From the NCBI GenBank assembly GCA_951406725.2, contig OX597815.1, forward strand, positions 83,638,001 to 83,702,000: a stretch of DNA of 64,000 nucleotides, in the 5' to 3' direction. The notes under the pieces are model-generated. The model searched no databases. It was not told where the DNA came from and saw only the letters and a program-made list of their open reading frames with translations. Within the stretch, counting starts at the first letter, position 1. Each line of letters starts with the position of its first letter. The DNA is from Octopus vulgaris (lineage: Eukaryota). Below, in pieces: positions 38,872 through 52,580 of the stretch. A program made the translations under genes and the position numbers.

Positions 38872-39090
38872 ATAATCCCTTGACTATCGCGGATGTTACA
38901 TTCCAAACATCCCACCCTCACCCCCGAGTGATAGGTGAAAATCCGCGAAGTAGAAACAGTTCTGTACTATATACTTTTTATTTATTTTTATAATTTGTAT
39001 ATATTCATTTTATTATAATGCAAAGCAACATCACGAGGAATCGAGGAAAGCTTAAATGATAAACCTCAATAAGTGAACTTCTATGGGTGA
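38872..39090. mobile_element. Possible pogo/Tigger-like MITE remnant
   Basis: End sequence taatcccttgactatcgcggatgttacattcca...gataggtgaaaatccgcga, resembling Tigger/MER2-type termini; the subterminal motif is echoed at ~39055-39090. Confidence 0.4.
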
Positions 39091-39248
39091 TAAATGAAAT
39101 TTTCAGCGAGATATAAAATGCAATTGCTTATCACATTTTAGTTTACTTTTTAATGAAGTAAAACGACACTGGATAACAGAACTCTGGTTAAAATATATAT
39201 TGCATAGCTGTTCAAGTCTTTTACGAATTACACAAGTCGTTACATTTT

Positions 39249-39290
39249 ACTTTTAATAATCTTTTTTAAAAAAAGTGAAACCGGTCAAGT
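39249..39290 (+). ncRNA. Decayed minimal hammerhead relic (PLE-type)
   Basis: actt-TTAATAA-t-ctttttt.a.aaaaaag-t-GAAA-CCGGTC-aagt. Stems I and II pair, and the core differs from CTGATGA only by three transitions. Confidence 0.45.
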
Positions 39291-39339
39291 CAATAAACAT
39301 TTCTAAAATATCTCTGCATTTTCAAATCCTCTTTGCTGT

Positions 39340-39489
39340 ATGTATATATATATATGTATCTATATATATATATACATATATATACACATATATATGAACA
39401 TATACGTATGTCTATGTATATATATATATGTATATATATATAAATATATATATATATGCACATATATATATTAATGTGTGTTCCTATAT

Positions 39490-39524
<35 letters not shown>

Positions 39525-39583
39525 CATATATATACACATATATATGTACATATACGTATGTCTATGTATATATATATATATGT

Positions 39584-39636
<53 letters not shown>

Positions 39637-39665
39637 TATATATATTAATGTGTGTTCCTATATAT
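39340..39665. repeat. Tandem duplication (~160-180 bp) of a TA-rich compound microsatellite block
   Basis: acatatacgtatgtctatgta and gcacatatatatattaatgtgtgttcctata each occur twice in register. Confidence 0.85.
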
Positions 39666-39716
39666 ACATGATTGATGAATACATATATATGAATACAAGA
39701 ATACAAATACACATGT

Positions 39717-39747
<31 letters not shown>

Positions 39748-39957
39748 TAAATATGTGGGTGTTTTTGTGTGTTTGTATGCATATACGTGTAGATGTATAA
39801 ATATATTTATATATATATATATTCCACGCGTACGTTATGTATACATGTACATGTATGTGCATGTGTATATATGTGCAAGCCCTTTTGCGTGCGTGTGTGC
39901 GTGTGTGTGAGTGTGCGCATGCGTTTGAGAGTGTGCGTGCGTACGTGTATGTGTGTG

Positions 39958-39991
<34 letters not shown>

Positions 39992-41204
39992 CTTGTGTGT
40001 GTGTGTAAGTGTTCAAGTCTGTATTATTTTTTTCTCCTCTGAAAGACATTCTAGAAGTAAAAAAAAGTGACTATTTTGCTTTCGTTATTTTCCCCTTTAA
40101 TGTGCCAATCCATCAACATATTTTGATGGATTGGCGAATAACATGGAATCATATAAATAAACAGGTTCTTGCTCTGCGTATTTTTATTCCTTTTATCCTA
40201 TTCCAATTTCTTTTACGCTTTTATCTTCTTTCTCGCCCTCTTTCCCTCTCTCTCTCTATCTCTGTCTCTCTATTTCCATTTTTCCCTTTTCTTCTTCCCA
40301 CGATTTCGTTCTCCGTATCATTCAATTTTCCACCTTCTGTCTGGTTTTGTATTCAGATTTCTCTGTTTACTTTTTACACCATCCACTAGGCAGTTTTATT
40401 TACCATTCTGCATTGTAATTGTGATAAAAAAAAACCTGAGGAGTGACAGAAATATTAGACTGTAGCTTTTAATAATAGCATTTAGCACCTAAACTCAAAT
40501 CATTCCATTCTTTTTCTTCGTTTCCTGTTAGACGAAATAAGTATACATGAATGCATGTATGCATATATGTATGCATGTATGTATGTATGTATGTATGTAT
40601 GTATGTATGTATGTGTGTATGTATGTATGCATGTATGTATGTATGCATGTATGTATGTATGTATGTATGTATGTATGTATGTATGTATTTACATGGACAT
40701 AACCCGACGCAAAAATGTGAAGTGGAATAGAGAAACACAGGATAGTGTCTAATATAGTGACAATACGAAATATGCTAATAAATCAATTTATTCTGTGGTA
40801 AATTTCTCGTGGTAAGAAAAAAGTTTTCATAAATTAATGGCTGACCACAATGAATGAACTATGGACGATCCTAAAGATGCCATTGATAATACAGGGGGTT
40901 AAAGACCTTGGTCAGAAATGCTGTACAATTCTGATTCTGATTCACTAAAAAACAACTATTATAAAATAATATTGGTTGTCCAAAATAACGAAGAAACACT
41001 CATGCGTGCTTTAGTATATACATATAAACTCATACTGATTTCGATATTTAATACAAAGTGAGCAATTCCGAGGGAGGAGATAAATTGATTACATCGACCC
41101 CAATACTCAGCTGGCATTTATTTTATCCATCTTGAAAGGATCAAAAGGTAAATTCGATGGCGAAGATGGAACTCAGAACGTAAAGACGATTTGCCAATTT
41201 GCCA

Positions 41205-41424
41205 GTTATTCTTTTCTACTCTAGGCATAAGGTCCGAAATTTTTGGAGAGGGAGCAAGTCGATTAGATCGACCACAGTACTCACCTGGTACTTAATTTGT
41301 CGACCCCAAAAGGATGAAAGGCAAAGTCGACCTCGGCGGAATTTGAACTCAGAACGTAAAGACAGACGAAATACCGCAAAGCATTTCACCCGGCATGCTA
41401 ACGTTTCTGCCAGCTCTCCGCTTT
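41205..41424 (-). mobile_element. Near-full-length Nin/Deu-like SINE
   Basis: aaaggatgaaaggcaaagtcgacctcggcggaatttgaactcagaacgtaaagacagacgaaatacc...ctgccagctc. A more degenerate copy precedes it at ~41045-41200. Confidence 0.85.
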
Positions 41425-42531
41425 AATATAGATGTATATTAATAGATTAAGATGTACAAACAAGAGACCACCAACATTGATGATTAACACCGTATCACAT
41501 ACAATCGAAATTTTTCCGAATCAAATCCAACGCAATTAAATTTATCTGAATACGATATCTATTCAGTTCTTCACTAGTCTGCAGAATTCCGGTCCGGTGA
41601 GACTGTCGGTGTTAAGGAGACACTTAACCTTCATTTTTAAATGTAGTCGATTTTAGTATACCTTAATCTCCATCGATTTTGTGTGAGTGTATGTATGTCT
41701 ATGTATGCGCGTAGTACTGCATTCGTGAGTGTGGGCATAGACATGTATGAATATTTGTACATATATAGCTTCGTTTATATATATTTATACGCGCGCACAC
41801 ACTCAGAGACACAAGTACATGTTGAGTGTGTTTACGCCCGCACCCGTGTGAGTGCTTGCAACCAAGAAATATATAATAAATATTAAGAGAACAATACATC
41901 AATGAACATTGATTAATCAAAAGGATGGGCACCATATCTGGGTGAGAGTATGTATTTAATATGAACACAAATTAAATATATTAAACATACACTGAAGTAT
42001 GTCCAGAGCTGTCATAGTAATGACAGAAATATATGAGACACTGTATTCTATTTTTAATTAATATTAATTAATTTTAATTCGTGTGTTTTCTCCCCAACAT
42101 TTCTTGATCAGAATTAATAATTTAGTTTATGATTTTTTCTCCTTAGCACGGGTTTTCCTGTAATTAATTAACACTGCTTGCCTAACTTCATCAAATATGT
42201 TAGTGATCACTAATATTTTATTAAATATGTTACCACTTTATGTACGAATATATAATCGAAAATAGTATTATAGAAAATAGATTAAGGTGGGAAATATTTC
42301 AAAATGAAACAATAGAATAAAAAATTATAAAATAAGAAAATATATAAAGTAAGGGAATATAATGAAATGAGGAAATAAATAAATACAAAATACAGCGGGT
42401 GCAAATGCAAGATCGAATTAAAAATTGAATGATACTTTTCTTTTTGAAGCGGTGATGAAGAAATAAATTTATTAATAAACTAATGGAAAAGTTAAATAAA
42501 CGCATATTTTATATGGTTTATTTTGTCACAG

Positions 42532-42595
42532 GAGAAGTGCAGAAACCACGGATTTCAGAAAAATCTTCTCACAAAGCGTTGGGTGAAATAGGAGT
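42532..42595 (+). other. Candidate small exon (64 nt)
   Basis: ttattttgtcacag|GAGAAG...GGAGT|gtaagt, with one open frame (EVQKPRISEKSSHKALGEIG). No homology recognised. Confidence 0.25.
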
Positions 42596-44745
42596 GTAAG
42601 TAGCAGCTAGTGGCTGCTGTACTAGGAAGCAAAATAACTAGACATTAAGTCATTTTCATATAAGTGTCTTCGTTAGAGATGCTTGTATTAAATAGATGTA
42701 AAAGCTGTCAAAGATCAATGTGTGACCGTAACGGCACAAGTAATTAAGTGTACCACCAGTTATTAACAATTTAATGAAACAAATAGAAGAGGATTAAGCC
42801 AAATTATTTGTTATGTGATTTAAAAAAATTAAATAAATATAAATATTAGAGAAAAATATAAAACTATCCATGAATCAGGAATCAGAGTTGAAAAATTATA
42901 ATAAATGACAGCAAATTCATCGAATCGGACGGTACAGGAAAAAATGGATTTCGTTGTTCCCTGGACGGTTTTGTATATCATCTTTCAGGGCTTGATAAAT
43001 TAGCAAATTTGCACGGTTGTCATTTAAACTGGCTGAACTCTTGCCAAAATTGTGTGGCTGCGAACTAGAGGTAAACATCTTTGAAATTTATATGATGATA
43101 GCAGTGGCTAGAAGAAAATATAACATGCAGTGTCATTTTCATAAGCAATATATCACTTTTATCTTTATATCCAAGATATATGAACTAATTCTAACTCATA
43201 AACTTCACTACATTTTTTTTCATGATAGCCATCACCAGTTACCAGGTCCTCTGCATTTTAGGTTTATTATGTTAAATAAAATAGGACTAAAAACAAACCT
43301 AGCATTCGATTACCTCTGTACTGAAGGAATGTGTAGATTAGGTCAAATGAGATGAGAAGTTGGCGAAATTTTTCTGACATAATATGTACCTGTCAATGTT
43401 ATCTTTTACTACTAAATAGACTAACCAATTTATTTATAGTGACAGCAACATCAGTACTTCGCTGACATAATAAGAACCACTAGTTCCATACAATGTTCAT
43501 TAACTAGGAAAACAAGATCGAACAGCACATGTTCTAAGCTCGATTCACATGTTCTAAGTTCCAGTCGGTTATGAGGCATAAAATTGCTTGAAAGCTGTCG
43601 CTCTCAAATAAAATTAACAGTTGAAAACAAGGACAATATGGATGTATGAATGAATGGTGAGTTTAATGAATTATTTAATGACTTCGAATGAATGGGAAAG
43701 AAGAGAATGATTAAACCCTTATACAAATAATATCAATATCGGTATAAGGTCGAACATATTTAGGGAAGTATTTAATTAATAAGTTGGATATGATTTCATA
43801 AATCTGGAAGAATGAAAATCAAAATCGACTTCTGTGCGATAAATAAATATTGGTATGTAAAATAATGAAACTAAATAATTCAAGACATTTTGACTAATGG
43901 TCTAATGTTCTTGCCACATAAATATGTGCATACACACACACATTCACACATATACACACACTCACACATACACATATATACACACAAGTACACACATACG
44001 TATATACGCATATAAATACACACATATATATTTATATATAAATATATATATATATGCATTTATCTATTTATATATATATCTGTGTGTGTGTGTGTGTGCT
44101 TAACTAAGCTGTTTTTAAGAAAAAAATCACTAACTAACGATAGTTGATATGCATATATGAATATGAATTGGTGTATCAGAGAAATAGAATAACTGAATAA
44201 ATGGGTGTCAGCTAAAATGTGATGAACTGCTTCTTAAATGAATCGCAACGGACAATTATGAAAGTGAAATCAATTGTGGTTGGATCCTAGATTGTGTGAT
44301 TGAAGGTATATACTATTAAATGACAACAGGAATTAATGAACGAGAAGCATAGTAATTGCAACCCGAGTGTATATTCGAAACGAGACAGAATTTCAAAGTG
44401 TGGATAACCAAATGAAGTGGTGACAGAATTTATATAGAGGTTATTGAAATTGATTTTTCTATCACGAAGAATTCTGCCTAATATACATTATACTGTAAAG
44501 TATTTATATTGTACTGTTATAAAGAACACATCCTACAAATCCTAAAAACAGAGATTCACATATTTGCAGTAACAATATGCAATTATAAACATAAGCGGGA
44601 CTATTTTCAACAGTAATACAGTTTTGATTCCCCTCATAATATACAAATGTGTTTTGTTAACATGGATTTACCTCATACAGTTTTAATTCTACCCAAGGTT
44701 AGACAATATGTATTTGTAGGAGTTTTTTGTTTGTTTGTTTGTGTT

Positions 44746-44822
<77 letters not shown>

Positions 44823-45984
44823 ATAATGTTTAACACGCTTGTTTACATTCAGACGTGAAAAGACATTCGCTTTGGAAATTTCGGGTAAGAAATATTCTTC
44901 GTATAGGACATCGTGTTTGAAAACATATTAACGGGCTATGAATGACATCATCTGACTGAAAAACAACGACGTTTCTGCATTGTTTCTCTCATCATCAACA
45001 ATCGTCGTTCATAGTACACTAAGAAAGAATTGTTCTTATATGTAAACAGCAAATGGTATATTTCCTGATATGCGAAACTTATTACAGCAAGGATTAGGTG
45101 AGCAGAGATGCACGAAGCAGCACTGAATGAAATCACTGTAAAATAATATTTCACGCATAACGCGTTTTCACATACAATTTTTGATCATTTTTCTGTCAAG
45201 ACGGTTTTGGCAGTGATGTTCTTTTCATGTCCAAGTATACACAAACATGCTGAATACCACTGCATATAAATTTATTTCATCCAATACAGCTTTGTATGCC
45301 TAGTTTATTAGCTGCCGCGTTAACAAACTCTACGATATCATCTCATGTGATATTTGCTGCATAAATTTCAAAACAGATTCGTATTAATAGGGTATAAACG
45401 AAAGCTGGCGAAGCACGACGACGAAAAAATGCTTGCGTCCTACAATTTGATGACGTCATTCATAACCACAAATTAACTAAATGAGATTTTTTCCTCCCAA
45501 GATAATTTCTGCTGCAAATGACTTTCCACGTCCGACTGGAAATGAAAGTGTTAAATATAATATAACTGTATACACATATATTTTAATCTTATTACTAAAA
45601 TGCATAGAGAGGAACTTCTTCGTGCGCCTCTATACATGTTTTAATAGAATAGAGTATTTTAATTAATATTTATTACATTTAATTCAAATAAGAGCATGCA
45701 GAGTTTCGTGAATGTACGCGTGTGTGTTGAATTCATGTGAATTTGAAGCTATTTTAGAAATAACAACATTTATGAATTAGCTGAATCAGTTCCGAGAATG
45801 AAGTCAATTTAATTGTACATTTTTTGTTGAATTGGTCTTCAAGATTTAGTGGATTGAATAAAATCCAGTGAGCAAGTCTTAAAATCTATGTCACGTGGAA
45901 ATTTATTATATGTGTGCATGTGTGTGAGCGTGTGTGTGTATGCTTGTGTGTGCATATATATGTATGTATATATATATATATGTA

Positions 45985-46021
<37 letters not shown>

Positions 46022-46223
46022 ATCAGCATGGCGGCAGCTCTGAGCTGAAACTAGAGAGAAAAATATATATTCATATATATATATGTGTACGTATATTTGC
46101 GCATATAAATGCGAATGCGTGAACATGTGTGTGTTCGGGTGTTTGTGTGTGAGCATGTGTTATGCATTAGGCGTCTATGTGCTTGTTCCATAATAGGTTT
46201 CCTTATTTTAATCTAGTAGTAAC

Positions 46224-48229
46224 GAGGGCGGTTTCACGCTCTCGTCGACACTAACGCGCGTGAAACGGGCGTACATCGTCACTACCCACTGTCTGAAAAA
46301 CTCCTTCCCCACTGAGGATAAGGCGAGATCGGTATCAGAAGAAGCGGACATCATATGCCCGGATGGACCGGCACTTCACCAGGGGAGTAGACTGCAAGAT
46401 TCAACGACTCTCGGACCCTAGGTGAGTAAAGGACTCTCCACAAAAGTCTTCGTCTCTCTAGCGGACGACCCGAACCAACATACGCCAGAGAACACGTGAG
46501 TATTTTTCAACACCCGGTATTTCATAGATCCGGTCTTCTTTTGAGCGGAGTACGGTCGGCTCCCTATTGATTGAGGCATCCAACCTTAGCTGGCTCCCAG
46601 CACTCCTTTAGGGTCACCGGAAATTCCCTAGTTCGGTGTATCCGAAGCACATGGAACTACTTTGTATTGAGGAAAGCATCCAGCCATAGCTAACCTCCAG
46701 CCCTGCGTTAGAGATGCAAATTACCATGTGGTTCGGTTTACCGAAAGCACGATGACTGTTCCCGCACTGATGGGTGAGCATCCAGCCTTAGATCTCTCCC
46801 AGAAAATCCGTTCACTCGAAGCACACACGGAAAAAACGATCACACGGCCGATGGGGATGGTTATAAGCGGCCTACCTGCATTCTATCTACCTGCTTGCAA
46901 TACGATGTAAGTTACGTCTCTGGCGTTTCATTTTTCTTCAGCTGTCTTGTGTTGGTAGCGCGATCTATCTACGCTCATGACATTGATCATGCCCTGTACG
47001 CATCCTTCTCTGTGTGCCAACGGGAAGCAACCAAAGAAGCCACTGCATTAGATGGTATCTGCGGTGCCTACGCCTCGACTTCAGGATCTAATTGTGCGAT
47101 TTGACTTCTATGGGGAGTCAGTCTCGCAACATGTTTTGCGTACATCTTTTCCTAAATGCTCTGTCCTAGATCCCAATGATCCTCATTGCTTCAACTTCTT
47201 GCACCTTGTAAATCTCTTGAGTATTCCCCAGTTAGGCATCGTCTATAGCACAATCTAAGCAGGTAATACTAGCAGAAAAGATGGAACCTTTGGTGCGGTT
47301 TCAGAAGAGCACATTGCGAGACACTTCTATGAAACTTCTCGAGTCGGTAGGAAACTTTGTGTCTCCTTACTCAATATTCTTGAGTGGGATACTTTCGATC
47401 GTCTGCAGGGTATCCATTTTGACGAGGAAGGGTTCCCTTCAGCTTTTTTACGGAGAACCAGGTGCATTAACTTCTAGCCCCACTTCCCGATAGAACTCAG
47501 AGCACTTATCGAGCATGAAGACCCTTTTTCATCTGCATTGCCATTGTCAGATTGGGTTCTTTTAATTCACTGAAAACATTCGCGAGCTAAATAGCATTAA
47601 TACAGGCCTTTTGACTATGGTTGCACCTATTGGGGAACGCTAGTGTAACATTCATGTCTCCAACCGATGAGAACGCTGACACACAGGGTGAATGTGTAGA
47701 CTGCTAGTCGATGATCGCCCTTCTGTCTTGGTCTAATCAGCAGCAACAGGTGCGAATCTCGCCCGCACGGCATCTGCCGATCGTGTGTCCCCTCAAAAGC
47801 AAGAATAAACCAAGCATAATAGAATCTGTCAGGGCAACTCCTGTTATCTGAAAAGCGGATCGGATGAGCGTGGACAGCTCACTCGTCCAATTTCAAGCCT
47901 ACACGGAGAACCTAGAACTGAGCGCAGCGCCCGGACTCGAGATTAGATCACCCACAAATGATAGCATCTGTCAGAAGGGCCCATCCGATAATCAGCCATG
48001 TGTGTGGATGAAACGGCGCTACAGTAGCGACCCTGTCGTATCGTCTCAGTATTAAGCCTAGTCCCTTGTGTGGTACGGTAGCGCGCTTTGAGAGGTCCCG
48101 GACGCTTTTGGTTAACCGAATGTAGTAGGACCGCTTCTGCATGGTTATACATTTGCGATTAAGCTCCATCCATGTGTGGAAGCCCTCTTAACACGACAAG
48201 GTAGTGCCCTTTGGAGTAATAGCGCCCTC
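46224..48229 (+). mobile_element. GC-balanced ~2-kb island, tentatively a heavily decayed DIRS-like tyrosine-recombinase retroelement (RNase H-MT-YR remnants)
   Basis: Abrupt composition shift, no microsatellites, ends gagggcg/cgccctc. Degenerate motifs occur in DIRS order: IEASNLSW, EATALDG, LGIVYSTI, EPLVRF, EWD, LTRK..ALTS..R, ELRAL, PMRTL, FQAYT, DSIC..RRY. Confidence 0.45.
46510..46810. repeat. Three diverged ~100-bp tandem units
   Basis: gcatccaaccttagctggctcccag (~46576), gcatccagccatagctaacctccag (~46676) and gcatccagccttagatctctcccag (~46778). I counted 34/50 ungapped identities between 46561-46610 and 46661-46710. Confidence 0.75.
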
Positions 48230-51000
48230 TCTCCCTTTGGCACTTGTTTTTCACAGCTTTCCTCTCTTCGACTTCAGTTCTTAGTTAGCTCTTTCTCTTT
48301 GCCTGTATTTCATTTTTAGCCTCACTCACTCTCTCTCCTTTCCTTTCTCTTTTTATGATGTAATCCTAATTATGTAGGCCATTATTATATAGAGATATAT
48401 GCTTACAAATACACCTGTTTGAATGCATGCTAGAATGTGTAAATAAGATAAATAAATAAAATATGAATGAATGAAGCATAGTAAACAACTAAATATATCA
48501 TTCTTGCGACAGGGACTAAAATAATGAATGAAATAGAAACGAAAGAAGGAAACGAAGAAATAAATAAGCGAAAAAATATGTTGATTCAATATATATCGAT
48601 AGATACAGTAAAAAATAAATATCAGAGAAAAAGTATAAATAAATATCAAAGGGAAAAGGAATGCATAGCAAAAGCAGGAATCTAGTAACATGAGATGAGC
48701 TCATAACAACGTTAGATACAAAAAATGCATACACAGATTTAATGGGTGATAACACATCCGCCGCCCCATCACCATTATCCAAACATAGAAAAATATAGGG
48801 AATATAGAATTAATCACAAATCTTCAATAGTAAATAAATACGAAATAAATAAATTACAATGGAGGAATTTTCGCGGAAATATGTTCAAGGTCTTTTGGAT
48901 GAAGCCATTAGTATTGTCTGCAAACGTACAGCACAATTAACATGATGAAGGGGAAAGTAGAGAATAGTAGAACGGCGTAGAAGAGAAAGCGATTTCGCTT
49001 AATGAAGACACTGCTTAATGTTCTACCACTATTTATATCAATGCCTGTTTCACCGTTGGCATACTTTAGACACATACGCAAACATACACACATACGCAAA
49101 CACACACACATACGCACGCACACACACACGCACAAATACACATACATACGTGTGTATGCATATGTATGTATATGTATGTGCGTATGTGTTTGAGAATGTA
49201 AATATTTTCCTATATATGTTTCAGTGTATGAATATATGGAAAAGACAAAGAGAGATCTAAGTATTTCTGTGTATGCATTTACAAGATTGTTTGATGACAA
49301 TATTTGTTACATACACACAAAAAAAATGTGTCTGTTTTCGCTTTTAATGATATATGTGCACTTTCAACTACTACAACACACAAACACAGGCGCGCATAAA
49401 CAAACAAACACACACGCACACACACGCATACATACATGCATGCATACATACATACATACATACATACATACATACATACATACATACATACATCACAAAC
49501 GCATGTAAAGGTTTCGCTATGCATGCAGGTGACACAGGAATACAGATACAGAAATATATTTGTACACATGCAAAGAACATTGGCACTGCTCTCTACATGT
49601 GGCATCGAATGGGCGTGGTGTTAAAGATAGATGTCTTAGGTGATTGCGACAGTAAAAATAAGTAAACATTGGTAGTAAGACTGAAACATAGATATGAGTC
49701 AAAAACACATTTCTTTCTTTTTCTGCTACTTCTATAATGTTTAATAAATTCATTCACTCTCTATATTTTGTGTATCCTCACAACACTTACGTATCTTTTG
49801 TTTATCACACCACCGTTATATATCCTTACTTTTACTTTCTTATATCTAATTTCTTTTGTTGTTTTTTTCTCTCATAGTGACACCCATTATTTCTTTTTTC
49901 CTTCTGTCTTCTCTTCTCTCGCAACCTTTTATCATTTTATCATTTTATTCTTTCATAATCATACATCGAACTTGATATTTTCCTCATTTTCGCAGTTATA
50001 TTAGAATTTCCAAATAAACCACACACACAATCACACACACACACACACATACACGCAAGAATACATCCACACACATTACACACACATATACTCGTTTTGG
50101 CTTTCTCAATTTTTGTTCATTCAGTCATTCCTTTCTTCCTCTCTACATAATTCGTCTCTTTCTCTGTTTACTTACCGCAAAACCCTTCTTATATCTTGTT
50201 AATTAGCTCAATTATTAGTTTCCAAGCTTTCCTTTCTCCAGAACATCTCTCATCTCTCTCTCTCTCTCTCTCTTTATCAAACTAAGTTTTATATTTTTTT
50301 CCCATATTCTTTTGCCAGTTTCCCTTTTACGTTATTTATCTAATTTTCTTTCCTTCGTTTGCAGATTCATAAACACACACAGGTACGCTTACAATAACGT
50401 ACATCATCACAGACATAGAGGTATTCTAATATGTTTACATAAACACATGCACAGATAGGAGCAAGTATACATTTCCATAGCGGGTCACGCATACACATAT
50501 GTATGTATGCACGTCGAAACATGTATGCTTGCATTGCTATCCTTTAAACATTTTATAATTTTCATGAACCATTCTTCTCACTATACTTTTGTTTATTTTT
50601 ACTCAATTTGTATTTTAATAAATCACTAAGAAAAATCAACAGCAAGTAATCTTAGAAATGAAACTCATTAAAATTCTTCATATTAATAACAACCACGATA
50701 TTATTAACTGTAAAATCCACAACCCAAGCTGAACCACCTCATCATCAATATACTACTAACATGTCCAGTAACTCGAATAAACACAGTCGTAGTCACAATG
50801 ATGCTCACAAATATTGCTATATCATTCAAACTTCATGTTTGTTTGCCTTCCATTTTAAACAAGTTGGCGTATGCCGACACATGTTTTCAGAATATATTTT
50901 TAAGCTCTTCCTTTCTTTAGTTCAGCGCCCTACAACCACATTCTTCGTCAATTCTCTTCCCTTGTCTATAAATATGTGTGTGTGCACCCGTGTATTTGTA

Positions 51001-51038
<38 letters not shown>

Positions 51039-51058
51039 TGTGTGTGTATATATATGCA

Positions 51059-51137
<79 letters not shown>

Positions 51138-51876
51138 GCATACAAACACATACATACATACATCCACCCATACATATTTATATATATATATATATACATA
51201 TATATGAATTAGATTGATTCACTCTTTCCTCTCTTTCATTAACAATCTCGATTTCTTTGGTAATTTATTTCACTTCTCACAATATGTTTCTCTCCATTCT
51301 TCACATCACAGTTCCTCTTGCTATGCATCTCATCTCTTTTCAATCTCTTTACAATCGTTCTTGTAATCATCAATAATAATAAAAAAATATCAAAGTACAA
51401 CATCCACATTAATAATCACAGCAACTTGAACAAGATAACACACAACAATCACGGCAATCTTAATATCAATAGAAACAACAACATTTATCGCTCTTCACTG
51501 GCAAACCCGTTTCTTTAAGTTACTCCCTTTATAGTTTTCTCTATAAATATCCCCATTTTAATCGCTAGACCTTCCTCTGTCTTTCTACTCGCGATACCGT
51601 CTCTTGTTTTTCCCTGCATATTTTGTTTTCTATATTGTCATATCCACACTTTTATTCTAACCTTACCCTCTCTCCACCACTATCAAAATAATTTTCATCT
51701 TTCAAACACGCACATTCTTCCTCTCAACACTCCCATTTTTTATCTCACGAATATTCATCCAAACACATACATTCGCACGCTAAAATTCTTCCCTCAGAAA
51801 AGCTTTGTTTCTGAAATTTTCTTTCTCATTCTCCAGTCTTCCTCACTCTCTTTCTCTCTCGCAAAAATTGTACACA

Positions 51877-52022
51877 TGTATGTATGTATGTATGTATGTA
51901 TGTATGTATGTATGTATGTATGTATGTATGTATGTATGTATGTATGTATGTATGTATGTATGTATGTATGTATGTATGTATGTATGTATGTATGCATGTG
52001 TGTGTGTATGTATGTATGTATG

Positions 52023-52056
<34 letters not shown>

Positions 52057-52066
52057 TGTATGTATG
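51877..52066. repeat. (TATG)n microsatellite
   Basis: Directly visible. Confidence 0.97.
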
Positions 52067-52456
52067 AATCCTAGGTATTCTCTCACTTCAGCAACTCTCT
52101 TTCACTCCTGCCACTCAACAAAACACCTATAACAGACATTTACATCCGCCATGTTTTGTTTTCGTTCTCTGATATCGTCTGATTTGCTTAGTCAGAAGTA
52201 TTTTCATTCGTTTCTTTTTCTTCTCTTCTGTTCTCATTCTACTTCACATATTTCTGATTATTTTTTTCCACAGCATTTTAAAATATTCTTAGACTGACTC
52301 AATCGATCAACTCAAGTCAGCAGAATTGTTTTTATTTTTTTATTTTCATATTATCGAATGTATTTAATAATTTTTCTTTCCGTTTATATTTCTTTCACCT
52401 TTTATTTTAGTCTTGCGTTTTTCCCTTACTCGTTTATTTAAAGAACAGCCTTCTGA

Positions 52457-52486
52457 AATAATAATAATATTAATAATAATAATAAT

Positions 52487-52557
<71 letters not shown>

Positions 52558-52580
52558 AAACAACAACAACAATAATAATG
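52457..52580. repeat. (AAT)n microsatellite
   Basis: Directly visible. Confidence 0.97.

Noticed and set aside
46510-46810. CRISPR array or ankyrin/TPR-coding repeat interpretation of the ~100-bp units
   Set aside because: Similarity spans whole units (no identical repeat with unique spacers), there are no cas genes, and the translations I tried contain stops and no ANK/TPR consensus.
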